From Anthoceros angustus (taxonomy: Eukaryota; Plantae; Anthocerotophyta): a DNA stretch of 64,000 bases. The notes beneath the pieces are model-generated. The model was not told the DNA's origin and did not search any database. It saw nothing but the letters and a program-made list of their open reading frames with translations. Positions 49,270 through 60,499 of this stretch are shown piece after piece. A program made the translations under genes and the position numbers. Position 1 is the first letter of the stretch. Each line of letters begins with the position of its first letter. Where the stretch lies: NCBI GenBank assembly GCA_010909165.1, contig MU008190.1, forward strand, positions 186,001 to 250,000, written 5' to 3'.

Positions 49270-51527
49270 TTCCAACCAAGGCATACCTAGTATGCCATCA
49301 CAACCGACATGCAGTTTTGTAACAACAAAAGTGCGGTTTTCAGGGCCCAACTGGAATGTAACTGGCAATGACACCTTGGCTGCTCCATCAGCTGTGTGTC
49401 CATCCGCATAATACACAGGTCCTCCTTCACCTACAAGAGAGACACAATTTTGAGTGGCAAACCGAGTGAAAGGAAATCATGTGGCCGGTCGATTAAAAAC
49501 TAGCAACCTTGTTATTGATCAAAGCATGGACACGCAACAAGCTGATTTCAATACTCCTAGCGAGGATACCACGGTTACCATACGTGTTGTGCAACATCTT
49601 TATCTCATGGAGATGGAGTCTCCTGTAGCATCTTCAAGTTAACGCGTTTGCTTCTTTGTCTAGCTACATTCGGTTGCATTCGTCCTCGTCCTTTGCCCCG
49701 GCTGCGGCATTCGTTTGCCCTATGGCCAAATCGGCCACATGAAAAACAGCGTCCTTGAAAACGGGTTGCGCCCAACTCCATTGGCACTGCCTCGGACATT
49801 GTTCCTTGATGAGTCACCGTATTTGGAGCTGGTTGTCTGGAAATCTCGCCCAGACGTTGTGGTACCCACAGTCCCATAAAATATGTGCCTGCCCTGTGCG
49901 CATCCATTCGTTCTGCTACCCTGATGACATCCTGCAATGAAGTCATATCAGCTCTTGTTTCAACTTCTCCTGGTAACCCTCGGCGTAGTCCACGCGTATC
50001 TATCAATCATCTCCTCCTCTGTGATCCCCGGTATTCCCATTGTGATGTTAAGGAACTCGTCAGTATATGCTGCAATCGTCCCATGCTGCGTCAACTTAGC
50101 CAAGCGGTCTCGCGCCAACCTGGAAGACTCCCGTGGTGTAAATTGGTTTCTGAGGGCTGACACCAACTGATCAAGAGTGACAATTGGAGGGGTGATGCCT
50201 TCTCGATTGAGTTGTCTCCGGCGTTGCCACCACAGACGTGCTGTTCCTTCGAGGAATGTTACATTCTGACTACACATAGAGGGTACAAAGGACAACTCGA
50301 GATCTTGCTCAACACAGAAAACCCGGTTTTCAAATGTAGCGGTCTCGTGACCCTCAAAAGGTTTGGGTTTAGGAGGTTTTGCGATGTGGGTCGCAGACCC
50401 TCTCGATGTCAGTATACCTTGGATTGCTTTATTCAACCAAGGCATACCTAGTATGCCATCACAACCGACATGCGTTTTGTAACAACAAAAGTGCGGTTTT
50501 CTACAAGCGGAATGTCGGCAATGACACCTTGGCTGCTCCATCAGTGTGTCCATCCGCATAATACAGGTCCTCCTTCACCTACAAGAGACACAATTTTGAG
50601 TGGCAAAAGGAAATCATTTGTGGCCGGTCGATTAAAAACTAGCAACCTTGTTATTGATCAAAGCATGGACACGCAACAAATTTGATTTCAATACTCCTAG
50701 CGAGGATACCACGGTTACCATACGTGTTGTGCAACATCTTTATCTGGTACGGAGATGGAGTCTCCTGTAGCATCTTCAAGAGTTAACGTTTGCTTCTTTG
50801 TCTAGCTCTGTTCGGTTCTTTGCGTCCTCGTCCTTTGCCCATTGCGGCATTCATTTGCCCTATGGCCAAATCGGCCACATGAAAAGCAGCGTCCTTGAAA
50901 GCGGGTTGCGCCCAACTCCATTAGCCTCGGACATTGTTCCACGATGAGTCACCGTATTTGGAGCGGTTGTCCGGAAATCTCGCCCGACGTTGTGGTACCC
51001 ATGGTCCCATAAAATATGTGCACTGTGCATCCATTCGTTACGCCACGATGACATCAGTAATGAAGTCATATCGCTCTTGTTTCAACTTCTCCTGGTAACC
51101 CTCGGCGTAGTCCCCGTGCGTCAATCATCTCCTCCTCTGTGATCCCGGTATTCCCATTGTGATGTTAAGGAACTCGTCGATATATCTTTGCAATCGTCCC
51201 ATCTTTGCGTCAACTTAGCCAGCGGTCTCGCGCCAACTGGAAGACTCGTGGTGTAAATTGGTTTCGGTGACACCAAGCGATCAAGAGTGACAATTGGAGG
51301 GTGATGCCTTCTCGATTAAGTTGTCTCGGCGTTGCCACCAGACGTCTTGTTCCTTCGAGGAATGTTACATTCTGACTACATAGAAATGTACAAAGGACAA
51401 CTCGAGATCTTGCTCAACACAGAAAACCGGTTTTCAAATGTAGCGGTCGTGACCCTCAAAAGGTTTGGGTTTAGGAGGTTTTGCGGTACACAGTGAGACC
51501 CTCTCGTGTCCGAGTATACCTTGGATT
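49270..51527. repeat. ~1.16-kb tandem duplication of gag-protease
   Basis: CAACCAAGGCATACCTAGTATGCC at ~49273 and ~50434; both copies end in AGTATACCTTGGATT. Confidence 0.9.
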
Positions 51528-52932
51528 CTTTGCTTGTGATGCCTCATGCGCGCCGCCCGCACGTTGGAACTTCATTTCTTAATTCCTCCATCTGTTGATG
51601 TTGGAGTTGTTGATCTTGAAGCATCCTTACCGTATTCAAAATGTGGTCGTGGGCTCGATCTCCAAGTGCTCCATATTTGGTTCAATTGCTCCATTCGCAC
51701 TTCTCGGTTTCCACCTCCTCGAGATACCCACACCCTAACTAATCGTTCGGCCAACTCTTGTTTGTGTTGTTCCCTCGCCGCTTGGTGTCATTGTGCCTCT
51801 CTGCGGGCTTGTTGTACCGCTTGTACTCGGACCAGGTTCCCTGCCCTTGCAACCAAGTCCTGTTCCTCCACCGATGCTGTAGGAATCCTCGCCTGTGGGT
51901 CAAAAAGATAGCATTCAGCGTTGTGCTCCTCAAAGAAGCGCACAATTGTGGGCACGTCCTGGGTGCCCGCAGATCGAAACCACGCCTCGGCTCCGCGTGA
52001 GGTGGTAGCGAAAAGCTTCCCCAATTCCAACTGTGCGAGATTCCAAGCTAGCTTTTGGCCGATTGTCCACTCCTCCGACAACCGCAATCCTTTTTGGAAT
52101 AATACCTCTATCACCAACCACCTTACAGGCGGTCCCTAATCTTGGCCGCGAGAGGCGATGGTCCGGTCTATTTTCTCTGCGTCGGGATTGTGATTTTGCC
52201 CAGCTATCCGTGCTTCATCTGCTTGGGAATTTCTATATCATATTGCGGACTAGCACATATGGGTCTCTCACCATCTACTATGACGTAATCAACCTTGCAA
52301 AGCTATCACGAAGCTTATTTGGAGGTCTATCGTAGTCTTCTAACAACACTTCTCCGATGGCTCTTGGCTTCCATGATGTCCGTTGCGCCTTCAAGGCGAG
52401 ACCCAATGCCGATTCAAGTTGACACAACAGCGATAAGCTCCCGTTGTCTAAGAGTCCATGGGCGCGCTCGATCGGTCGTTACTCGCAGGCATAGCTCAGA
52501 CATCAACAATGCCCACATGAAAATACGCCCACGATAGATTTTGCCCAACCTGAGCAACTTCTCGACATAACGGGCGGAACATCTGAACTGGCTGCTTGTG
52601 AGGACTAGAAACCAAATCTGGTGTCTTCTTATCTCGGAAAAAGCACTCCCGTCCTGGCTGGCTAGCGTCGGGGCTATCGACAACACCCGCTCCCTGAGGT
52701 TCCGATCTATCCCCAACTGCCGACCAGGTTGCATTTGCCACCACGCTTCGCCTCGTGTCAGGCTTCCAAGTCCTATTGAGCTTTCCCAGCTGAGGGGGGG
52801 TTTTCCATGGCTAGGAGAGGGTGTATACAACACCTATCCGATCCTCCACACCCTTTCCTGCCATAGGAAACTTCACGATCACTCGTGAGTCATCAAGCGC
52901 CACTCTCAAGTGGTCAAGGCTCGATACCAAAA

Positions 52933-53111
52933 TGTAATGGCAGGAAAGCTGCCCCTCCGAGCTCGGGGCGTGTATTTAACATCCCAGGACTGTTACTCTA
53001 AACTTAGCATATGACTCACTACGGTGAACTGTACTTCCGATCCTATCCGCACCGTACCTTTTATATGTGTCCTGTATATGTATCCTATACATGTAATATT
53101 ATATCATTACA
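52933..53111 (-). repeat. 5' LTR (179 bp)
   Basis: Followed on the minus strand by the PBS-like TGGTATCGAGCC. Confidence 0.93.
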
Positions 53112-54500
53112 CGAGCGCTTACAAGCAATGTGAGCGCGGAGAAAGGAAGATTGAACCCTTTCCACCTTAGCCCAAGAAAAAGGGGAAAGATCCGGGCCCC
53201 AAATTTCAGCGCCATACAAGGCGGAGGGAATTACCATAGTGTTGAACAGCTGCTTTCGAAGATTGATATCCTGAAGATTCATCCTATATAAAGAACAGCA
53301 CAAAGCACAGACAGAGCCCATCCTGTTGGTAGCGCGGGAGGAGGCAGAGGAGGTTTAGTTAAATTTAGGACCGAAAATAATGATACCGAGATAAGTATAG
53401 GATCGGACCATCTCCACCTCATGACCATCATAATAAAATTTGCAATCACCCTTGTAATCCCAGTTAAATTTAGGATCGAAAATAATGATACTGAGATAAG
53501 TATAGGATCGGACCATCTCCACCTCATGACCATCAGAATAAAATTTGCAATCACCCTTGTAATCCCAGTTAAATTTAGGATCGAAAATAATGATACCGAG
53601 ATAAGTATAGGATCGGACCATCTCCACCTCATACCTCATGACCATCATAATAAAATTTGCAATCACCCTTGTAATCCGAGTATTGAACAGCATAATCTAA
53701 ACTGACCACTCGACCTAAGCTGCACCATGTGACATCTTTTATTAGCTTCTCTCACTTTGTTTGGTTTTTCCCCACTCCCGCTACGTACTGATGATAGCTC
53801 ATAGCCTCTGGTTTCTGGTGGAGGACCTGGAGGGATTTTCTGAGCCTCGTGTGGACTTGGAATCATACTTACCACTTGGACGTGGCGTCTTTGGACCGGG
53901 AGCCCGGGACATATCTCTGTGCAAGACTGATTCCGGGAATCAGATGTACCTCTGGAGCATACCTTTCTTAATTGCAACAGATGGGACTCGACGTTGGCTC
54001 AGGTCGACTGGTTGTCTTTGCGCCAACACTCTGAAAGGTTATCGTCGCTCACGGAAAACGGAGTGTCACCTTCACCGCAACGTATTTGTCCGGAAGTTGG
54101 TGAGTGTCATTCCAAGAGGCTGTCTCTATCCGCAAACAAAATCATGTGGGGAAGACCTATCTCAGAGCTATACAGAAAAGGCAAGAATTTTGATAAGCTA
54201 AGGACGATGGGTCGTGGCTTCGTACAAAGGGTAGATTCCGTGTAGAATGTCCAGCACCATGTCTCTGATTACTCTGGGAAGGGGATTCCAGCACTTGCTT
54301 GCCCGCATCGGTCGGCCCCAGCCGCTTTGTAAGGGCGCGCCCGTTTCCGAAGAGAGAGACCTCGAGGCGCGAGACCTTCTTTCAGGATTCAGTCTCTCCT
54401 GCTGCACATGCCCCACACACCTTCTGGCTGGAGGTTCCAAGCTACAGTCGCCTCCTGACATTAGTTTCACAGCAAAGGAAGACCTCGTGAGTTTGACCAC
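53112..54500 (-). mobile_element. LINE relic (RT C-terminal region); upstream limit uncertain
   Basis: EVEMVRSYTYLGI and LRKQLFNTMVIPSALYGAEIWG...VERVQSSFLR are typical non-LTR RT C-terminal motifs. Confidence 0.75.
53357..53677. repeat. 105-bp (35-codon) tandem triplication within the LINE
   Basis: Units start at 53358, 53463 and 53568; encode EVEMVRSYTYLGIIIFDPKFNWDYKGDCKFYSDGH. Confidence 0.95.
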
Positions 54501-55494
54501 ATGTGGTGAGAACGATTCACGTTCGACGACTCACGAGGCCCTGATGCTTATGTTGCTGGAGAACATACATACACACACGGTGTCACAGTACAGTATCGAC
54601 GATTCCGGGATACTGCCAAGAGCTCGTGATGGGTAGATCGGGACAGAGTGACCTTGTTCTTTAGCCGCAGTCCAATGGCACGAGTGAATCTCTAGAGGGT
54701 TGCGTCATTGGAATATTGAGACAGGCTGAAGCAAACATCCAAGCCCTAGGGATGGGAAAGCAGCAGATTATAGTTTTCTTAGAAACACATCTCGTGAAGG
54801 ACAGGCCAATCTTTTGCTACGGTCCCGACGGAATTCCGGACACGGCAAATGTGAGATTGGAATTGGCTCCAGCATCAACCTGATGAAAATACCTGAGCCC
54901 ATGTTATCAAAAACTCGAGGATGCTGAAGGAAATCAAGCGCAACCAACGCCCGGATGCTTCTGGTGCTGGCACCAGGAACCAGCTAGTCTTCATTCAGGT
55001 CACCAATCCCGACCGAAATTGCGAGTCGCCACAACGTCAAGTGAAATCCCACGAGCAAAAGGCAGGCAGTTACCGCGAAGAAGGCCGTCACCGGGGACCA
55101 AAGAGTTTTCCCGGGCTTCTTCTTGATGAAGCCTTCTCCGCTCGTTCATGTAAAGTAGAAATGGACAAGTGGCGGTGGTATAGACTGGCCAGGAGAGATC
55201 GAAGACGCCAAGATCGAGTTGTTTCTGAAATTTAAAAAAAAAAAACTCCCTCATGCTAAAAATAGCAAATAGGCGGACCCGGTCCGTGTTGGAGATTTGC
55301 TTGTGGGCGCGAAGCAGCGCCAACTGCCGACAGCTGCGGGCCTGGGACACGGATTCCAGAGATGCCTCATCCCCTGGGCTGGAAACGTGTTGCAAATTCC
55401 ATCTGGGTTGTGGAACAGCTGCATCCGCACGACAAACACATGCATCATATGCGATTTGGACCAGCTCGTTGCCCTTCCGCATGGCGATCGATCA

Positions 55495-55502
55495 CTATAA
55501 AG
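55495..55502 (+). promoter_or_regulatory. Probable TATA box of GH3-3
   Basis: CTATAAAG about 250 bp upstream of the ATG; CCGACA (55327) and GGGACA (55344) further upstream. Confidence 0.45.
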
Positions 55503-55742
55503 CCGCTGAGGACTTGGACATGGACATCTACCGCAGCACGCGCCCCGGCGGCTTGCCTTCGACCTCGGATTTCCGAGGCAGCGCTGCGTTGGCAGGCGGT
55601 GAGCCGGTCTTCCAGTCTGCCCCTCGATCAGCGCCTGGTTCCGAGGCTGGTCTGGCTCGGGGCTGTTCTGGGTGACCGAGACTGGTGAGCTGCTGGGCTG
55701 TGAGTGCCGAGGATTTATTTCTGGGATTGGAGGTGGACAGAC

Positions 55743-58215
55743 ATGGTGTTGAGAATGGAGTGCCTCCCGGCAGACCTGACCAGCCAGACGCTCTTGGAAT
55801 TTGTCGACAAGATCACCCACCACCCCGATGCGGTGCAGGAGCGGGTGCTGTCCGCCATCCTGCAGCAGAATGAGGGGTGCGAGTACTTCTCCAGGCACGG
55901 GCTGGGAGGCGGTGTGAAGGTTGATACAGCTGCATTCAAATCCAGGATTCCTGTGATCGAGTACGAAGACATCAAGGGCGATGTCGAGCGCATAGCTGAC
56001 GGAGATCGGTCGCCCTTGCTCACCGGTCCTCCGGTTGCGGAGCTTTTCACCAGGTGTGCTAGTGTGCTGCCATGGCAGACCAATCTGCCATAACTAGGGT
56101 TTGCGAGAGGTTTGTCTGTGGCGTGTTGTCTTGGGTGCTTTGCCGGACAGCAGGAGGTGGAGGAAGTAATTTCTGTCGCTGGGCGGTTGTATGGTCCCTT
56201 TGTTTGTACAATGCTATGATGAGGATGGTTGTCGTCACTGTAAAGCTGCAGCATGGACAGTAAACAAAAGGTTGTTGAAGGAGTCTGGGCTTGCTGTGGG
56301 CTGCTTCGCTTGTTTTGACATGCCTTGGACCTGGCTCGCTGCAGCTCGGGAACATCCGGCGGGGCCCGCAAGCTGTTTCCCAACGTTGCACGCGACGGGT
56401 TTCGTAAGTTGGTTCATGATGCCATCGCTACAGCCACCCTGGACAGGTCGCTGCACTTCCTTTCCATTCGTTTCTTTCCTTTCTCTGTGCTTGCCTCGGT
56501 GGAGTTGAGCTGAGCTGTGCTGTGCTGTGCTGGGCTGGGCTGTTGTAACCTGGAATCCGCTGTTTGTGCAACAGAGCTGTGCCTGCCTTGCGGAATGGCA
56601 AAGCCCTGTACTTGTTCACCATCAGGAGCACCAGCACCACCAAGGGCGGGCTGGTGGCTCAGACCACCCTGACCAGGACTTTCAAGGACATCTTTGCTCC
56701 CGGAGCCAAGAATGCGTACACGGACATTGTGACGAGCCCGGGAGCGGTGTTTCTGTGCCCGGAGGACAAGAATCAGATCATCTACTGCCACCTCCTCTGC
56801 GGCCTGCTTCAGCGGCGGGAGATTGTGAGAGTGCGAGCCATCTTTGCTTCCTTCTTGGTGAGGGCGTTACGGTACTTCTTGGTGGCGTGGCCTCTGATGT
56901 GCCATGACATCCGCCATGGGGAGCTCAACCCGATCGTCACAGATCCAGAAGTCCGAGCTGCTGTGGAGAAGCTGTTGCACCCTAACCCTGCCCTGGCAGA
57001 CGAGATCGAGGCCATCATGTCTTGTCAAAGGTGAGTCACACATGAGGTTGCAATCCTGAAGCTGTGTCGTTTCCTTCAACATGGCTGTGCAGACAAGGTG
57101 GGTTGTTGTAATATGTGCAGCCCGCCGTGCAAGAACCTTGTCCCAAGACTTTTCCCCAAGGCCCTGATTGTGGAGGCCATCACGACCGGAGCAATGGCAG
57201 CATACGTGCCTTTGCTGGAGTACTTTGCAGGCGAGCTGCCCATCGTCTGCATGCCGTATGGGGCCTCGGAAGGCTACTTTGGCCTCAACTTGGATGCCCT
57301 GTGCGATCCCTCCAATGTCTCATACACTATCATGCCCTTTGTGAACTACTTCGAGTTCATTCCCCTTCGAAGGGAGCCGACTACGGGGCAATTGCGTGCT
57401 GCCGTGGAAGACATCGTGGATCTGGTGGACGTCGTGCCCGGCCAGGATTACGAACTGGTGGTCACAAACTTCTCAGGTAAGCAAGCAGCGCTAGCGTGCA
57501 GGTCCTTTTCCTGCAATGCTAATGTTGCGGTGTGCTGGGTGAAATCTGGGAGGCCAATGCCTTATAAGACCTTTGGGTTTCTCTCGATCCGGCTGCAGGT
57601 TTGTACCGCTTTAGAGTGGGTGACATTCTGAGACCCTGCGGATACCACAATGCAAGCCCGAAGTTCGAGATGATAGGCAGGAAGAATGTGCTGTTAAGCG
57701 TCGACACAGACAAAACAGACGAGCACACGCTCTTCACCGCAATTACAGCGTCTCTTGGCACCCTCTTTTCACGGTTAAGACAAGAGCACAACGTTGTGAG
57801 CCACCTTCTGGACTATTCCAGTTTCCCAGACGTGAGCCAGAGCCCGGGCCGGTACGTGCTGTTCCTGGAGCTGGCCAACCTCCCCAAGAAGGAACAGGAA
57901 GAAGAAGAAGCCGGCTCTGGAGAAGGCCTTCAAAAGCTCTTGGAGCTTTTCTGCCTGAACGTGGAGCAGCGGCTTTGCCCCATTTACCGCAGGAACCGAA
58001 ACGAGGGCGTCGTCGGGCCTCTGGAGGTGAGGGTGGTGAAACCCGGGAGCTTCGAGCAGGTGGCGCAAGCTGCGGTGAGCAGGGGCGCAGACATCGGGCA
58101 GTACAAAACGCCCAGGTGCTTGAAGATTCTTTCCGATGTAGAAATCCTGAACAACAACTTGCTACTGCCCAGCGCGTGCAGCCAGGCACTCCATGTGGAG
58201 ACAGCTTTGTTATAG
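55743..58215 (+). CDS. GH3: Divergent GH3 acyl-acid amido synthetase 'GH3-3' (613 aa; exons 55743-56053, 56345-56446, 56575-57030, 57121-57476, 57599-58215)
   Basis: ELFTSSGTSGGARK, YGASEGYFG, LYRFRVGDIL, QYKTPRCL. Intact spliced ORF. Confidence 0.94.
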
Positions 58216-60499
58216 ATGTAGCTTTGTAGGTGAACGTTGTCGGTTGCAGATTCCATAATGTATAGACTATAATGCCAGGACAGATTACCTGCTTAGCTCC
58301 TGCAACTGCAGCACTGGTTATTTCAGGCAGAGTGTGATCACTCCCCTCAGAGGTGGTGGGCAGTGCATTTGCTTGCGCACAGGAATCACGGCGGGTCTGG
58401 TAAAAGGCGAGGCTGGAGTCGGGCGTCCGCGGGGCAGGGAGGATTAATGGCGAGCGGGGGGAAGCAGGAAGGAGGGAGGGAGTTTTTGCTTTTGTGCTGC
58501 GCTGTGCAGCAGACTCTTTTATGACAGCTTTCCACGTTTGTGGACGGCAGTAGACAATGAAGGAGGGAGCTAAAATTGCCTCTTGTTTCATGCTGAGAAT
58601 AAGTTATTCTATTTGCTCAAGAGGTGAGCGTGGGTCAGTACAATGAATGGACGGGGATCGGTGCAAATCACCCATGGCCTTTCCTGAATCCCCCTCTCCT
58701 CGGTCATATTCATAATGGCCGCGGCCTGCAAGCCAGCCAGCTTGCTGACACCCAAACGTAAAACGGGCAATGCTGATTATTGCAAGATGCCTGCTTGCTG
58801 AATTCAAGCTTGCTTGCAAGCAAGCTTCGTCAATCCTTTGGATTCCTTCCTCTGCCCATGCTCCTCCTTGCTTGCAAACTGCATGCTTGTCCATCAAGTT
58901 TGCGTCCCGTTTTCCTCCTCCAGCTCCAGGACCTGGGTCCTAGGAGGATCCGGGGCCAGGGGCCCTGCTGGCCCCTGGCTCCTGCCTCCTGGCTCCTGGC
59001 CCCTGACCCCTGGCCCCCTGGCGCCTGGCCCCTGATGATGAGCCATCCAGGCGGCGAGCTGTGTGTGTGTGTGTGTGTATATGTGTGTGTCTCCGAGAAT
59101 ACCTGGCAGCTGCATACTGGGCGGGGACCCACAGCCCTCCAGACTGATTTGCACTGAGAGTTGCAGTTAGTTACAGTTGGAGGGGAATGTGCGGCTGCGA
59201 TTCAGGCAGCCCCAACACGGCGGTAAAGTTTTGAACCACGCTGCACCATTCCTGAAGCCCGGGATTTGGTTGGGATTAGCGAAGTTTGTGAGCCACATTG
59301 ACAAGCAGCTCCGGGGCGAGGACATGGATACTCTAATCTACAAGCTCGTGTCGCACAAAACATGCGCACGCACACCGAAGCCATTATGGGATTAGCAGCA
59401 TGGCAGAAGCTTTTAAGCCAAGTTAAAGCATCGCAGCGCAGGCCCAGCTGCGAGCTGCGAGCTGCGATCTGCGACATGATGACGAACGCCCGTTACCTAC
59501 ATCCATGTTGCAGCAGGCAACGGGCGTGCGGGCCCGCGGCCGCGGTGACGCGCGCCACCGATGCGCATCCATTTACTGCTCTGCTCTCTGATGCATATCC
59601 ATCCAAAGCTCAAATGCACTTGGACACATTTGTATTTGAGAACTAAGAATCAATTCGGTGATGTTCTAGTTAGGTCGTAGAAAGATAAAGTAACACAAAT
59701 TTGATAACTAGTAAAGAACAAAAGTCTAAAATATTATGAAATTTCAATATAGATACATTTCAGTAGTATTGGAGGAGTGCACAACAGCTTCCTAGATTCC
59801 AATATTGACCACCCAGCGGAAGAACTTTCTTACGTTGGAAGAAGAGTAAGAGTGCGATTTTGAATGAAGCAGCAGGAACTGACACCCGTTTTGAGAACAA
59901 GGGGATAATGTTATGTAGCTGTAGCTGTAGCTGTAGCGGGACTTGTGCTAGAGTTCAGCTGACATGTATTTGAGGAACAGAAACTGACATACATTTCGTG
60001 GAAAGGAAAGGAACTCTAGCTGATATTTATTTGAGGAATAGAAACTGACATGCATTTGATGGAAAGGGATCACTTACTAGATTGAAAAGCCTAGCACAAA
60101 GAGTATGTAGTATGTAGTCTTCCATAGGAGCCAGTGTTGAGGTAGATATATTTCTTCTTTCCTGCACCACGCGTGAGATGACATAAAGAATTAATAGATA
60201 CATATACAGCTGGAGAAATGGGGCCCATGTTAGGATACGCTATGAGGAGTGTGATGCAGTGCATGTAGTAGTAGGATATTTGGGGCGGCACGAAATGAAA
60301 TGGCTTATAAAATTGGATGGGTGACCCAAGTAATATAGAAAGAAGTAAGTATATGTAGAATATATAAGCATGAGTAGCGGGTAGTTTGCATGAGCACGAC
60401 CAAAACCCGAGAAGACGGGGTAATGGGAGCGGTACTGGGAGGCTAATTCCGAGGAGAGGAGAGATAATTGTAGGGGTTACGGGGTACAAGGGGTTTGAT

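Larger units (their letters stand above)
38565..53111 (-). mobile_element. Ty3/Gypsy chromovirus LTR retrotransposon (decayed, interrupted)
   Basis: LTRs 38565-38732 and 52933-53111 (TGTAATG...CATTACA); 5-bp TSD CGAGC; PBS-like TGGTATCGAGCC. Gag with CFSCGRFGHRANEC knuckle, RT YMDD, RNase H, integrase HHCC and GPF motifs, chromodomain LVLWRGYPLSEATWEP. Confidence 0.96.

Noticed and set aside
58545-58635. TAS3/miR390-like sites
   Set aside because: Only partial similarity (GCTCAAGAGGTGAGCG), with no second good site and no tasiARF core.
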